NCBI GenBank assembly: GCA_000002435.2
Contig: CM018793.1
Source of the DNA: Giardia intestinalis
Lineage: Eukaryota
DNA length: 64,000 nucleotides
Reading direction: 5' to 3' (one strand)
Part shown: positions 29,201 to 39,031 of the stretch, piece after piece
How positions within the stretch are numbered: position 1 is the first letter of the stretch
Layout: the number at the start of each line of letters is the position of its first letter
Notes under the pieces: model-generated
The model's input: only the letters and a program-made list of their open reading frames with translations
Told to the model about the DNA's origin: nothing
Databases searched by the model: none
Program-made: the position numbers and the translations under genes

Positions 29201-32200
29201 GACGTGTCCTTTCTATTCTGCTATGTTACTCTGCACTGTTGCGTGTCACTTCCCACGTCTGGGGCCATGGATCACAGCAGCGAGCCATTGGGCCGCTCGA
29301 AGATGTGCTTTAATTATTCCGAAGGTGCATGGCCTTCGTTATCTGTCTGGATCAGTAGATGAGCCAATATTCTGGCCATTGCGGCTAAAAGTTCCCACAT
29401 GATCTTTTGTGACCCAACAGTACACGACCAGTAGACAGCCAGATGGGTTATTGCCGGTCCATTCTCCACCCTGGGCTAGATGGGCGCGCATCCTCAGCAG
29501 AGTGGGCTCCCCTGGAACTTCTGTGGTCTCAGATCATTTAGAGCATTCTGGGAGCATCCTTGATTCAAACTTGCATTAGACAAGCACGAACCGTTACATG
29601 ACTCAGAGGATCTCTAACTGCTCGACTACCCTACAACCAATGGTCAAACAGGCATTACAATGAGCGCGCCGGAATATCGGTTAATAGCTGTAATAATTGT
29701 GTCATCGATAGTCATCTAGAACGCTACGCTGCAGCTAACATCAAGGAACGCACTTCTGGAAGTGCCGCAGCCCGTTCAGCCACGGCTTCTGCTACCCTCA
29801 GGCCTAGTCAAATTGCTTCGCCAGGACAGAGAGTCATATGACTCCACAGTAGGTAGCTATGCGGCTCTCACCAGGACACTCGGCTTAGGCCAGCAACTGA
29901 TTCAACTTCCCTAACACGGGAACGCATGTTGACCCACTTCGCAATACGCAGTATGGCATCTTTTGAGCGTCGTCTTTGCACTTTGATGCACGGGAGAAAG
30001 CTTCCTGTTTCTGGCTAATTGGCACAGTGTTCACCGTACACTACACCCAGACCCTGCTTAGTTTCTGTGCATAACGCTTATCAGTGCTAGCAGGCGCAAT
30101 GAGTCTGCTATGGGCCGGGCATTCGTGGAACTGTAGACTGGCACAACGATATTCCAACCGCCGTATACTTCTGTGGTCAGAAGGCCTGGACAAACATACG
30201 AACTAAGCACCGTCTCTTAGGCGTTACTGCAGTAGCAGATCGGGTAGAGAGGACGGGAGGAGACCTGGGCAGAGAATCAGACATGGATCCAATTGAGTTT
30301 GGCTGCAAGGGCTATAAAGACCGGGATCGTACAAACAGCAAACGAACTTCTCCAGTAAAAAATATGCAAGACGAAGCATGGGCCTGTGGGAGGGTGCCAC
30401 TCCTATGGTCAATTACGATTAGCTTAACTCATTAGGATGAATAGGACAGTTTCTTCAATGTAGCCCGCCTAATGAAAAGATAATGTGCTAAATACTGCTC
30501 CACAAATAGATTTGTGTAAGCAGCCATGCGTGGCGTAAGGTAATTACTTGTAAACAGATACAAGTAGGGAGATACGTTGCTAATTTTAACGGCCTGACTT
30601 TGCGGAAGGCAACTTAATACCTGTTATGCAGGGGGCAGCTGACTGATGATTTATGCAACCCTGTATTTGGAGAAAGATACCTTGTGAGGGTCAGATAGTT
30701 TTCAGCCATACGCAATCTGACACCAACCGGTAGATCCTCTGATTCTATCGCATTCTGGTCTACCTCTATCTCTTTGCGTCTCTTCCCATTACCTGGACGG
30801 CCTATCTTTTTGGATACATCATGGCAGCTTTCTAGGCCTGCAAGATGCCTCAAAGTTTCTGCTTGAAACTATAGTAATTCGTACCTCTCGATGACGGTGC
30901 GTACTAGAGCTGAGTACCAACTACATATTGTGGTGGTTGTCAACGGAAGCGATACTCTGCGTAGTATCTCTTAAGCTTGCCGTAACAGGCCCCATAGATA
31001 TAAAGGCCACATGTAGTCTCCAGAGAAGCCCTTGAAAGTATCTGTGTTTGGTGACACAACGCACCAGAAACGAAGGGGAACGCCAAAGCGTCGTATGTTG
31101 AGTCGAAATAAGCCAATCTAATGGCTAGGGGTTTGGAGGCTACTTGATGCATTAGTCGTACACGGATAACAAGGAGATCGGGCTTTCATGCGTACAGGAG
31201 TCACTATCTCGGTCAGCTACTGTCTTCTATCGTTTGGCTCTAGGCCCCTAGTCTGCACTCATTATGAAGGGCCCCCTGCATTCGCGGTATAGGATTTGCT
31301 TTGTGTTCAAGCCATTGTGATCCTTATGGATCTGCTGTTGAGGAAGACCGAGCGAGCAGCCACTAAAAACCATAATAAAGAAATAGGGTCTGTGATCTTT
31401 CCACGCAAGCCACCGCCACCCTGGGCAAGCGGGTATCTCCCACCCTTGCATGGCTGAGATCCACAATCCACAATCCAGAATCCAGAAATTGAAATCTGAA
31501 GTCTGAGATCGGATGTCTTCGATCTCGGCAGGAGGAGAAGAAGTTTTGTTCTGCCGCTCGGGAGTCTCTGCTGCTTCTCGCGGTGTCTTCTGAGGATTCA
31601 TCCCATCCTTTGGCTCGTCGGGGTCACTACCGTTTGGCACCAGTGAGCACACACTATCTCAGGGTCCTGCGTCAGTCGCGACGGCAAGCTTGGCCTTGAG
31701 GGAGCAGCTGACCCTGGTCATGTACTCCAAGGTCTTGGTTCTCTATGATGAAGATCGCATGCCATGAACTTCGGGATATCAACCTCTAGTTCTTCGAGGT
31801 GCTTCTTCGTCTTCTCACGGATTGTATCATCGGTCCCGAGTATGATCAGAGGGTGCGCTCCCCGTGCGCCTCTATCTTGGAGTCATAGTACGCGTTTGTG
31901 GATGTCGATGGAGCACTCCCATGTGTTGTGTCGGGGAAGAGGCTCGGCCCTCTGCTCATGGATCGCAGTGCGCTCTTGCAGGTGGTCCGTCACTCAGCAC
32001 GAGATCATGTCGACGCTCACCCTGTGCAGTGCGTCTAGCTCAGTGATGTGTGGGCTCCATCCATCCTCGCATCACATGGTGTGCTTGGGGTGATGCTTCG
32101 GTCTGTCGAGGCGTCATCCAAAGCATCACGAGCGATCGGGACCGGTTCGCCGTTAGGCCGTCTCTCTCTACAACCGGCGCCCGTCTACTCGAGGGTGTCA

Positions 32201-35200
32201 GGCACTGCCAGCTGCTGTGGCAGATGCCCGGCAGGTGGCCCAGGTCACCACTCTTCGGTGCGGGCAGGATCAGTCCACTTCTGTCAGCCAGACACTCCAA
32301 GGATCCCGACTTGCCTGTCGAGGGATTCACATGGGTCACGTGTGGGTCCATCCTGGCCAGCTTGGCGAGTGATTGGTGCCATCACTGGCTTCGGCCCTCG
32401 GTTGTCTTGGGGGATCCTTGAGACCGGCCAGGAAGGAGGCCTCCTGCCCCTCAGTGCTCCTACACCCAGTGCTGACCGTCAAGCCATGTTGCTTCGCCAG
32501 GCCTGTCGCCTCTGTGACTGTCCCCATCGCGTCACTGTCGTCAATATAGACACTGAGTGGGGCATCTCCTTCAGTTCCTGGTGAGCAGGTTCTGTACCAC
32601 GCCGCACAGAAGCATGCGCAGGGCCCTGAGGGACCGAGTCCAGATACCTCGTGTGTCGCGGCCGAAGGAAGGCCTCGACGCAGCTCCTCGGGATGAGGGG
32701 TACACTTGCCTGGGCGAGGCCGTCTGCTGTTGGGGCTCTCGTTATGTCGAGCAAGACCGCTGTGCCCATCAGTCTGCGTCTCCCTGCACCGTGCGAACGC
32801 CGCCCATGTACATCCAGTGGAACGCAGTCTGCTAGGTCTCGAGGAAGGCCAGGGTCTGGGTCTCCAAGCGGCTCGGGACTACCTTGTGAAGCGAATCATG
32901 ATCGTCTGCTGATCGTGGTTGTCCTGTCCCATTCTTGGGGAAGGGCCAGGCGGAACCGTACGGAGCACGCATCCCATCCTATGGATCGCACTGAGGATCT
33001 CGTTGAAGGCCTGTTTAGGGGCCCCGGAACGCCTGCACCCGGATGGACTCGCCAGCGCAGGCCCGGGGACTTCGAGCCCCGCGGACTGGCCGTCCGTGCT
33101 CTCCGATGGCTGAGGGGGCTCTTGTCTCTCAGGGGCCAGGCCGTCCTGATCCGGCCCTCTGGATAGCAAGGTGCTGGTCGTCGGTGGCGCTGTCAGGGTG
33201 CAGCTCCCCCTCGAGGCGAGGCAGAGGCTGCAGGCCGGGCAGTAGGATGGTGATGCCGCTCCTCCGCTTCCCCGCTGTGTGAGCGAGGCGCGTCTCCTCG
33301 GCTCTCGACTGGAGCTCTGCGGGGTGGTAGGTACCCTCCCCTGAGCACGTTCGCACGACGGGTGCTGAAGAGGACGTCCTTCTCTATCCCCGTTGCCCCA
33401 CTCAGTAGCACCCTACATCCGGTGTCTGTGCTGTAGTGCGTCTGGACGGCCTCGCCGCGGAGGGTCTTCGCGCAGGACAGGCACGTGCTCTTCCGCTCCT
33501 ACTACTTTGGCGTTCGCCCGGTGCCGCTCCAGCGCAGAGTGCTCCTCTCCGTCAGGTTCCTAAGGTCCTCGTTCTCGCTGTGATACCTGATCTATCCCTC
33601 TTGAGGGGTGGGGTTCACGGTGCACTGGTGCGTGTCCGGGGCGACGTCTCCCTTGTAGAGTTCTGCAGGTTCCACGACCCTCTGGGGATAGCCAGCGACT
33701 GGGACCCCTGTTTGAGGCTAGGGCTGGCCTGGCTCCACCGGGCCGCGAACAACTCAAGGGCGCTCTGGTGTTGCTGGTCTCTCAACCGCACAGACTTGGC
33801 CTGTCCTGGCAGATAGTTGGGGTCGTCCCTGAGCGCCTCCGAGGAGTCTGGGAAGCGCTCCGGTCCGATGCTTTCTGTCCGGGGCATCATGGCAGGCAAT
33901 GGTGAGGGCCCACGCGGGACACCGCGCTCGGGCGCCGAGACCTGGTGCGTGGGCTGGCACCGTCTGTCTGTCGCAAGGCTGCAGAAGGAGCTCAGACGGA
34001 GAGGGTTTCCCAAACGTGTTGCTCGAGGCCCTTCGAGAGTCGAAGGAGGCGTGATAGGAGACGCAGAAGTGGCCGAGTGGCTCCTCGTGCTGTGGATGAT
34101 GTAGGAGGTCCTCAAGGGTACAGGCCCGTAAGTGAACTCCGACATTCGTGAGCCAGTTCGTATAGTCAGTGATTGACCCTGTCGGGGCCAGGTGGTCTCC
34201 TGGAGAAACGGTCATTGAGAGCCTTGCCACCACGCAATCGTTCTTTGACACAGGGAGGTTCGGTGGGGGGAAGAGAATGTGGGAGTTCCCTTACTCTCGT
34301 CTCCTGGCCTCTTCGTTCACGTTGCTGGGCGCTTTCTTGGCGTTTCGCTCCAGGGTCCTAGGGACCTTCCTCAGTGGCGCCTCATGGGAGCAGTCGCGGA
34401 TTTATTGCTTACTGGGGACTGGACATCGGGGCCGTCAGCTTTCTGTTTGGGCTTCTTCTCCCGCCGGAACTGGACGACGTCTGATTTCTGAACTCTGGGT
34501 TCAGGTCTTGGCTGGAAGCAAGCAAAGGCCTGCTTGCCTAAGGTGGTGGTGGCTTGCACGGGAAGATCACACTCAGACAGCAGGTGACAACCTCACCCCA
34601 ATGAAACAGAGAGAGTAAACCTTTTATAATAAAGAACTAGCCTTCATTATCATCGGCCGCTCGCTGTGGGGCGTGGTGCAGCGGGAGCATACTGACACTT
34701 GACATATTTGGCCGGTTTCCGGTTGTTGAGTCACGACCCGGGTTCGACTCCCGGCGCCTCAGTTGTTCGCCTTTTCCCCTTCTGTCCTTTCTCCGCATCC
34801 CTGAGAGGCCACGTTTTAATCTTATTAACCTTAATAGGTGCCCAGTCCACAGGTCGGCGCCTCTGCATGCGGCGAGAAGGCTACTAGAAATCGCCGGTAA
34901 TGCCGATCATTCCAACCTGCTCTATGGCGCGGCGGTAGCAGAGCCTGTCTGCGCCACGGCCACCCATCACATCGCAAATTGCGACTACTCGTTAAGGAGC
35001 AGCGCTTCTGGAAGTATGTTTGCATGGAAGTGGCCACGCTGCAATGATCTCAAGTCCCTAGGATTGCTCTCTTTTCAGGACAGAACAAAGTTACGGAAGA
35101 TGAAGCCAGATATGCTGATGAATTCTGCAACAGACCCCTTGTGTCTGTAAGCAAAGCATCGACACCTATGTGCTCTGGGCATTGTGATATGAGGCGTAGA

Positions 35201-35595
35201 AAAGCCGCAATGCATCCCAAGTCACGGTGTATTGCTCTCGAACTGCCCGCTTAGTTACTCCACGACGTGAGGTAACATATGGCTCTTCACGCTTATATAC
35301 TAATCGGTGTAAAGTCGCGCTACAGAACCTCTGCGCTAATGTTGGCGATCTCCTAAAACCGCAACCCACCAGTTGAGGCAGCGAGCCTGAAAGCCAGACC
35401 ACCATGGTATCCCGGCGTGTGCTGTGTGCCGCTTGCTGAGGCTTTCACTATGGATTCTGTGCTCAAGTGGAATCGTACTCACCTTTACTTTGAGCCGGCC
35501 GAGACTCCGTGCCCTAGCCACTGCAGGCTAGAATAGTACCCCGTCGGCCGGCCGGGCGGAGAGCACCTAGCTACATGAGTCGTTGCCTTAGAGAA
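26256..35595. repeat. left arm of a ~9.34 kb near-perfect inverted repeat (palindrome arm); GC-rich, no long ORF
   Basis: Every ORF of 60 aa or more in this interval recurs on the opposite strand of 39032-48372, and coordinate sums are constant (74627, or 74628 outward of a 1-nt indel). Inner junction checked at base level: cgttgccttagagaa at 35581-35595 equals the reverse complement of 39032-39046. Outer junction lies near 26256-26260. Confidence 0.9.
34667..34762 (+). other. tRNA-like element (canonical T-arm, pairing acceptor ends; too long for a plain tRNA: intron-containing gene, pseudogene or tRNA-derived element)
   Basis: CCGGG-TTCGACT-CCCGG T-arm at 34738-34754. The 3' acceptor CGCCTCA pairs with TGGGGCG at 34667-34673 (one G-U). 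A D-arm-like GTGC/AGCGGGA/GCAT follows. About 33 nt separate the halves of a weak anticodon stem. A mirror copy lies at about 39865-39960 (-). Confidence 0.25.
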
Positions 35596-35739
35596 TTGGT
35601 ATACTGCTTTGTTCAGTCATTCTTACTACTTTGTCGTTTTCAAGTAAAACATGCTTTAAATGGCTCTGGTAATTGTAATGTGTTCCCAACCGTAAATATT
35701 ACTTGTTAGCTTTCATTTTCGCAAGTATCTAGCTTCGAC

Positions 35740-35796
35740 ATTTTTGTACCATTACCATCGAAAATAATTTGAGTAGCTTTGCTTTCATAAAAATCC
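35740..35796 (+). promoter_or_regulatory. AT-rich initiator-like element upstream of the spacer gene
   Basis: ttttgtaccattaccatcgaaaataatttgagtagctttgctttcataaaaatccATG. The same short AT-rich pattern precedes most ATGs in the window. Confidence 0.35.
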
Positions 35797-38700
35797 ATGA
35801 CAATGCACGACCCTGACCAGCTGAGTCAACCAACTGAACCCCTACGAGTGGACCAATGTAATCCTGTGGCGTGCGGTGTCATTGGAACTGTTTATTCTCT
35901 TAAAAATTATCCTGACGCTGTGGTCAGGGAAATCAAAATCGGCGACCTTCCTCCGGATATTATGACAGCTTTGGAGACAGAAATAGACATTCTGCCTCGA
36001 CTCGCACATCAAAACGTGCTTGAGTATCATCAAGTTTTAACAGCCAAGGATGTAGTCTACATTTGCTTACCCCGTTATTGTTGGACCCTCTCTGCAATAA
36101 TTGCTATTTCCGATATAAAAAACAAGCGTTTTTCCGAGCAGACTGTCTGCATTATATTTGGTCAGATTGCTTCTGCTCTGGCATATCTCCACGATCCAAA
36201 TAAATGTGATATCAAGGGAAATCCCCTCCCAGTCTTTATTCACCAGGATCTCAAGCCAGACAGTATCTTGGTCAGCGCAGACGAAACTCAATATGTTATT
36301 ACAGACTTTGGATTCTGTAGAGAAGACCTAGATAGAGGATCTGTTGTTTTGGGTGTGCCTGAATATGCTGCTCCCGAGGCGCTTATTCTTAAAAAGTATA
36401 CTTCTGCCTCTGATGTATGGAGCTTAGGCTGTATTGTTTATGAACTTATAACTTTAAAAAGGCCTAACTTTGTAGGAACTCGCAAACCAGCCGAAGTTTT
36501 TGTCGATGATTGGAGTCCTAACTTAAGTGCTATCAAGAGTACGTTTCTGAAAGAAATGCTCAGACGCATTTTTGTTGTTAAGCCTGAAAATCGTGTCTCG
36601 GCTAAGGAGCTTGCAGAAATACTTGAGACGTGGAAAAGCTCACGCTATATAATTAGAGAGCTTAAGCACAAGGAGCAACAAATAAAGTGGAATCAGATGC
36701 TCATCGATCGTTCTAAGAGATTAGAGGAAAATTGCAGACAGTTGAAAGCAACGCTAGAAGATTCCAAAGCAGAAGTTAGAAACCAAATAGATACTATAGC
36801 TAAACTTGAAAACCAGAGTAACGAGTCTTCTTTGAGAATTAAACTATTGGAAAAGGAGATTGCTACCTTGAGAAGAACTATAGCATATCTAAGTCCCACT
36901 ACTGAAAGCGCCTCGTCAACTACTCTTATAGATGCTGTGAAAAACAATAGTATTGATTCAGTTAAGTCATTGGTCCAAAACTTAGAAGGACTTGGCCTCC
37001 GTGACGCTACGGATACGACAACTCTTATGTGCGCTGTTCACCAAGGAAAGTCTGAACTTGTTGAGCTTTTGGCAACTCTAAAAATGGGACTGCAGGATAA
37101 TAATGATAGAAATTCTCTTATGCATACTGCGATTCATGATTATCTCCAGGTTTCCAAGATTCTTCTCCCACATGAAACAGAGATTAAAGATGGCAACAAT
37201 AACACAGCCGCGATTCTCACTGCAAAGGAAAGGCATGGAGATATTGTGGATCTTTTCACTTTCTTGAACAAGGATGGTACTACAGCGCTTATGCAGGCAG
37301 TGCTACAAAATAATATTAAAGCAATAGATGTCCTCATTCCCCTCCAAAAGGGCGCCAGAGATAATAAGGGCATGACGGCACTAATGTATGCTGCTGCGAA
37401 TGGTCATACAGATGCCGTGCGTTTTCTTCTTGAGTACGAGAAAGGAATAAAGGACAAAAATGGTCATAATGCACTTTGCCATGCTCTTAAAAATAATCAC
37501 CTAGAAATTGCTAATAGTATTCTTCAGCATGATGATCCTACTGACACCGAAGGAGTTACAGCACTTATGCGAGCAGCCGCGAATAACAATGTAGCAATTG
37601 CAAGGCTACTTTTGCCAATACAAAAATGCCTAAAAGACAATAAGGGAGCAACTGCACTCATGCACGCAGCTAAAGCAGGTAGACTAGAGATGGTTGACTT
37701 GCTCGCTGAGTACGAGTCCAAGTGCAGGGATAATAATGGTCAGACCGCACTTATGTATGCAGCTTCTAATGGCTATTTTCAAGCAACTAAGGCTCTTCTA
37801 AAGTACGAGGTACAAATGAAGGATAATTATAATAACACTGCGCTCTCCTTGGCTATTAAACACAGACACACAGAGATAACTAAGCTTCTTCTTTGGTACG
37901 AAAACGATCCTTCTTGGACTGCTCTCATGTGCGCTGCGGTTACTGGTGATTTTGAAACAGCTAGGAGGCATATCAGTGAAAGAGATCTAGTGGACAATAA
38001 TGGGAGAACAGCTTTAGATCTTGCTAAGGAAGCAGGACATGGATCAGTTATTGAAATTCTTGACCATCTGGATGAAAAGGGTTTTACAGCTCTCATGCGG
38101 GCTGCTGCGCAAGGAGACCTGGATATGGTAAAGGTTCTCATTCCTGTTCAGAAGGGCATGCAAACTGTTACAGATGGAGAATGCTCTTGTAAAAATGATA
38201 AGTACTGGTTCAATAAGGGCACAACGGCACTTATGCTTGCTGCCCACTATGGTCATGTAGACATTGTAAAGGAGCTTGTGAAGCATGAGTACAATGTGCA
38301 CGATACTCGTGGCCGAACTGCTCTCATGATAGCCGCTGCATGGGGGAAGATTAATGTTGTAAGGGATCTTATACCTTTTCAAAAAGGGATGCAAACCACT
38401 GGTGATGGAGAATACGAAGCTGGGGAGCAGGGATTTTGGTTTAATAAAGGCTCTACAGCACTTATATTTGCCTCAAGACATTGCAGACTAAACGTTATCA
38501 AAGAACTTATAGAACATGAAAGCCGAATGCATGATGAGTTTGGTGGAACCGCTCTCATGTGGGCTGCACGACATGGACACACCCAAGCTATTTCACTCCT
38601 AATGGAGAGGGAAGGTCGAATGCAGAATGAACGAGGGTGGACAGCTCTGATGTGGGCTGTGCATAGTATTAAGTTAGAGGCTGTGAAGCTACTAATAGAG

Positions 38701-38907
38701 TATGAAAAGGGAATGAAGAGTACACGTGAATCAGAAACTATTCAGCATAATTCAAGCAGTCTTTCTGTTATTTTCAATGTAATACCGGACTCCTTTCCCT
38801 CGGGCTCAACAGCACTTGCGATAGCTAAGAAATGCAGCAAACTATTCGTTGGAAATTATCACCCCATTATCAATCTTCTTTCTCAGTATCCTGAAGAACG
38901 TTATTAG
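35797..38907 (+). CDS. protein kinase + coiled-coil + ~18 ankyrin repeats (NEK-like kinase-ankyrin protein); the only gene in the palindrome spacer
   Basis: Kinase subdomains: CGVIGTVYSL (Gly loop), VVREIKI, IHQDLKPDSILV (catalytic Asp present; N replaced by S), ITDFGF, YAAPEAL, SDVWSLGCIVYELITLKRPNF. Heptad region aa ~290-370. Then repeated TALMxAAxxGHxxxVxxLL units (18 counted). Confidence 0.85.
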   Translation: MTMHDPDQLSQPTEPLRVDQCNPVACGVIGTVYSLKNYPDAVVREIKIGDLPPDIMTALETEIDILPRLAHQNVLEYHQVLTAKDVVYICLPRYCWTLSAIIAISDIKNKRFSEQTVCIIFGQIASALAYLHDPNKCDIKGNPLPVFIHQDLKPDSILVSADETQYVITDFGFCREDLDRGSVVLGVPEYAAPEALILKKYTSASDVWSLGCIVYELITLKRPNFVGTRKPAEVFVDDWSPNLSAIKSTFLKEMLRRIFVVKPENRVSAKELAEILETWKSSRYIIRELKHKEQQIKWNQMLIDRSKRLEENCRQLKATLEDSKAEVRNQIDTIAKLENQSNESSLRIKLLEKEIATLRRTIAYLSPTTESASSTTLIDAVKNNSIDSVKSLVQNLEGLGLRDATDTTTLMCAVHQGKSELVELLATLKMGLQDNNDRNSLMHTAIHDYLQVSKILLPHETEIKDGNNNTAAILTAKERHGDIVDLFTFLNKDGTTALMQAVLQNNIKAIDVLIPLQKGARDNKGMTALMYAAANGHTDAVRFLLEYEKGIKDKNGHNALCHALKNNHLEIANSILQHDDPTDTEGVTALMRAAANNNVAIARLLLPIQKCLKDNKGATALMHAAKAGRLEMVDLLAEYESKCRDNNGQTALMYAASNGYFQATKALLKYEVQMKDNYNNTALSLAIKHRHTEITKLLLWYENDPSWTALMCAAVTGDFETARRHISERDLVDNNGRTALDLAKEAGHGSVIEILDHLDEKGFTALMRAAAQGDLDMVKVLIPVQKGMQTVTDGECSCKNDKYWFNKGTTALMLAAHYGHVDIVKELVKHEYNVHDTRGRTALMIAAAWGKINVVRDLIPFQKGMQTTGDGEYEAGEQGFWFNKGSTALIFASRHCRLNVIKELIEHESRMHDEFGGTALMWAARHGHTQAISLLMEREGRMQNERGWTALMWAVHSIKLEAVKLLIEYEKGMKSTRESETIQHNSSSLSVIFNVIPDSFPSGSTALAIAKKCSKLFVGNYHPIINLLSQYPEERY
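36990..38760 (+). repeat. tandem ~99-nt ankyrin-repeat coding units inside the kinase-ankyrin CDS
   Basis: Recurrent ggaacagctcttatg / acagcacttatg ... gctgcggcgaatggtcat-type units giving TALM(x)AA(x)xGH every ~33 codons. Confidence 0.8.
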
Positions 38908-39031
38908 CCTTTTCGATAGCAGCGTCAATCCTCCACTTCGAGACATCAAAAAACATGCTGAGTTCGTTAGCTTTGGTTTCTCTGCCTTTATTAAAGCTAT
39001 AGCACATTTAAATAGAGAAGTGTTGAAGTAG

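Noticed and set aside
31461-31487. Short tandem ccacaatcc / cagaatcc repeat (and its mirror near 43140-43170)
   Set aside because: Only about three imperfect 8-9 nt units. Too short to call a micro- or minisatellite of consequence.
1088-38582. Antisense or alternative-frame ORFs of 60-130 aa inside the large genes (e.g. 1088-1348, 1634-1963, 4435-4734, 8488-8886, 13519-13812, 17201-17533, 36693-36947, 37827-38141, 38044-38394)
   Set aside because: Each is fully embedded in a long sense ORF with a recognisable domain or strong coding continuity. These are expected by chance at this composition.
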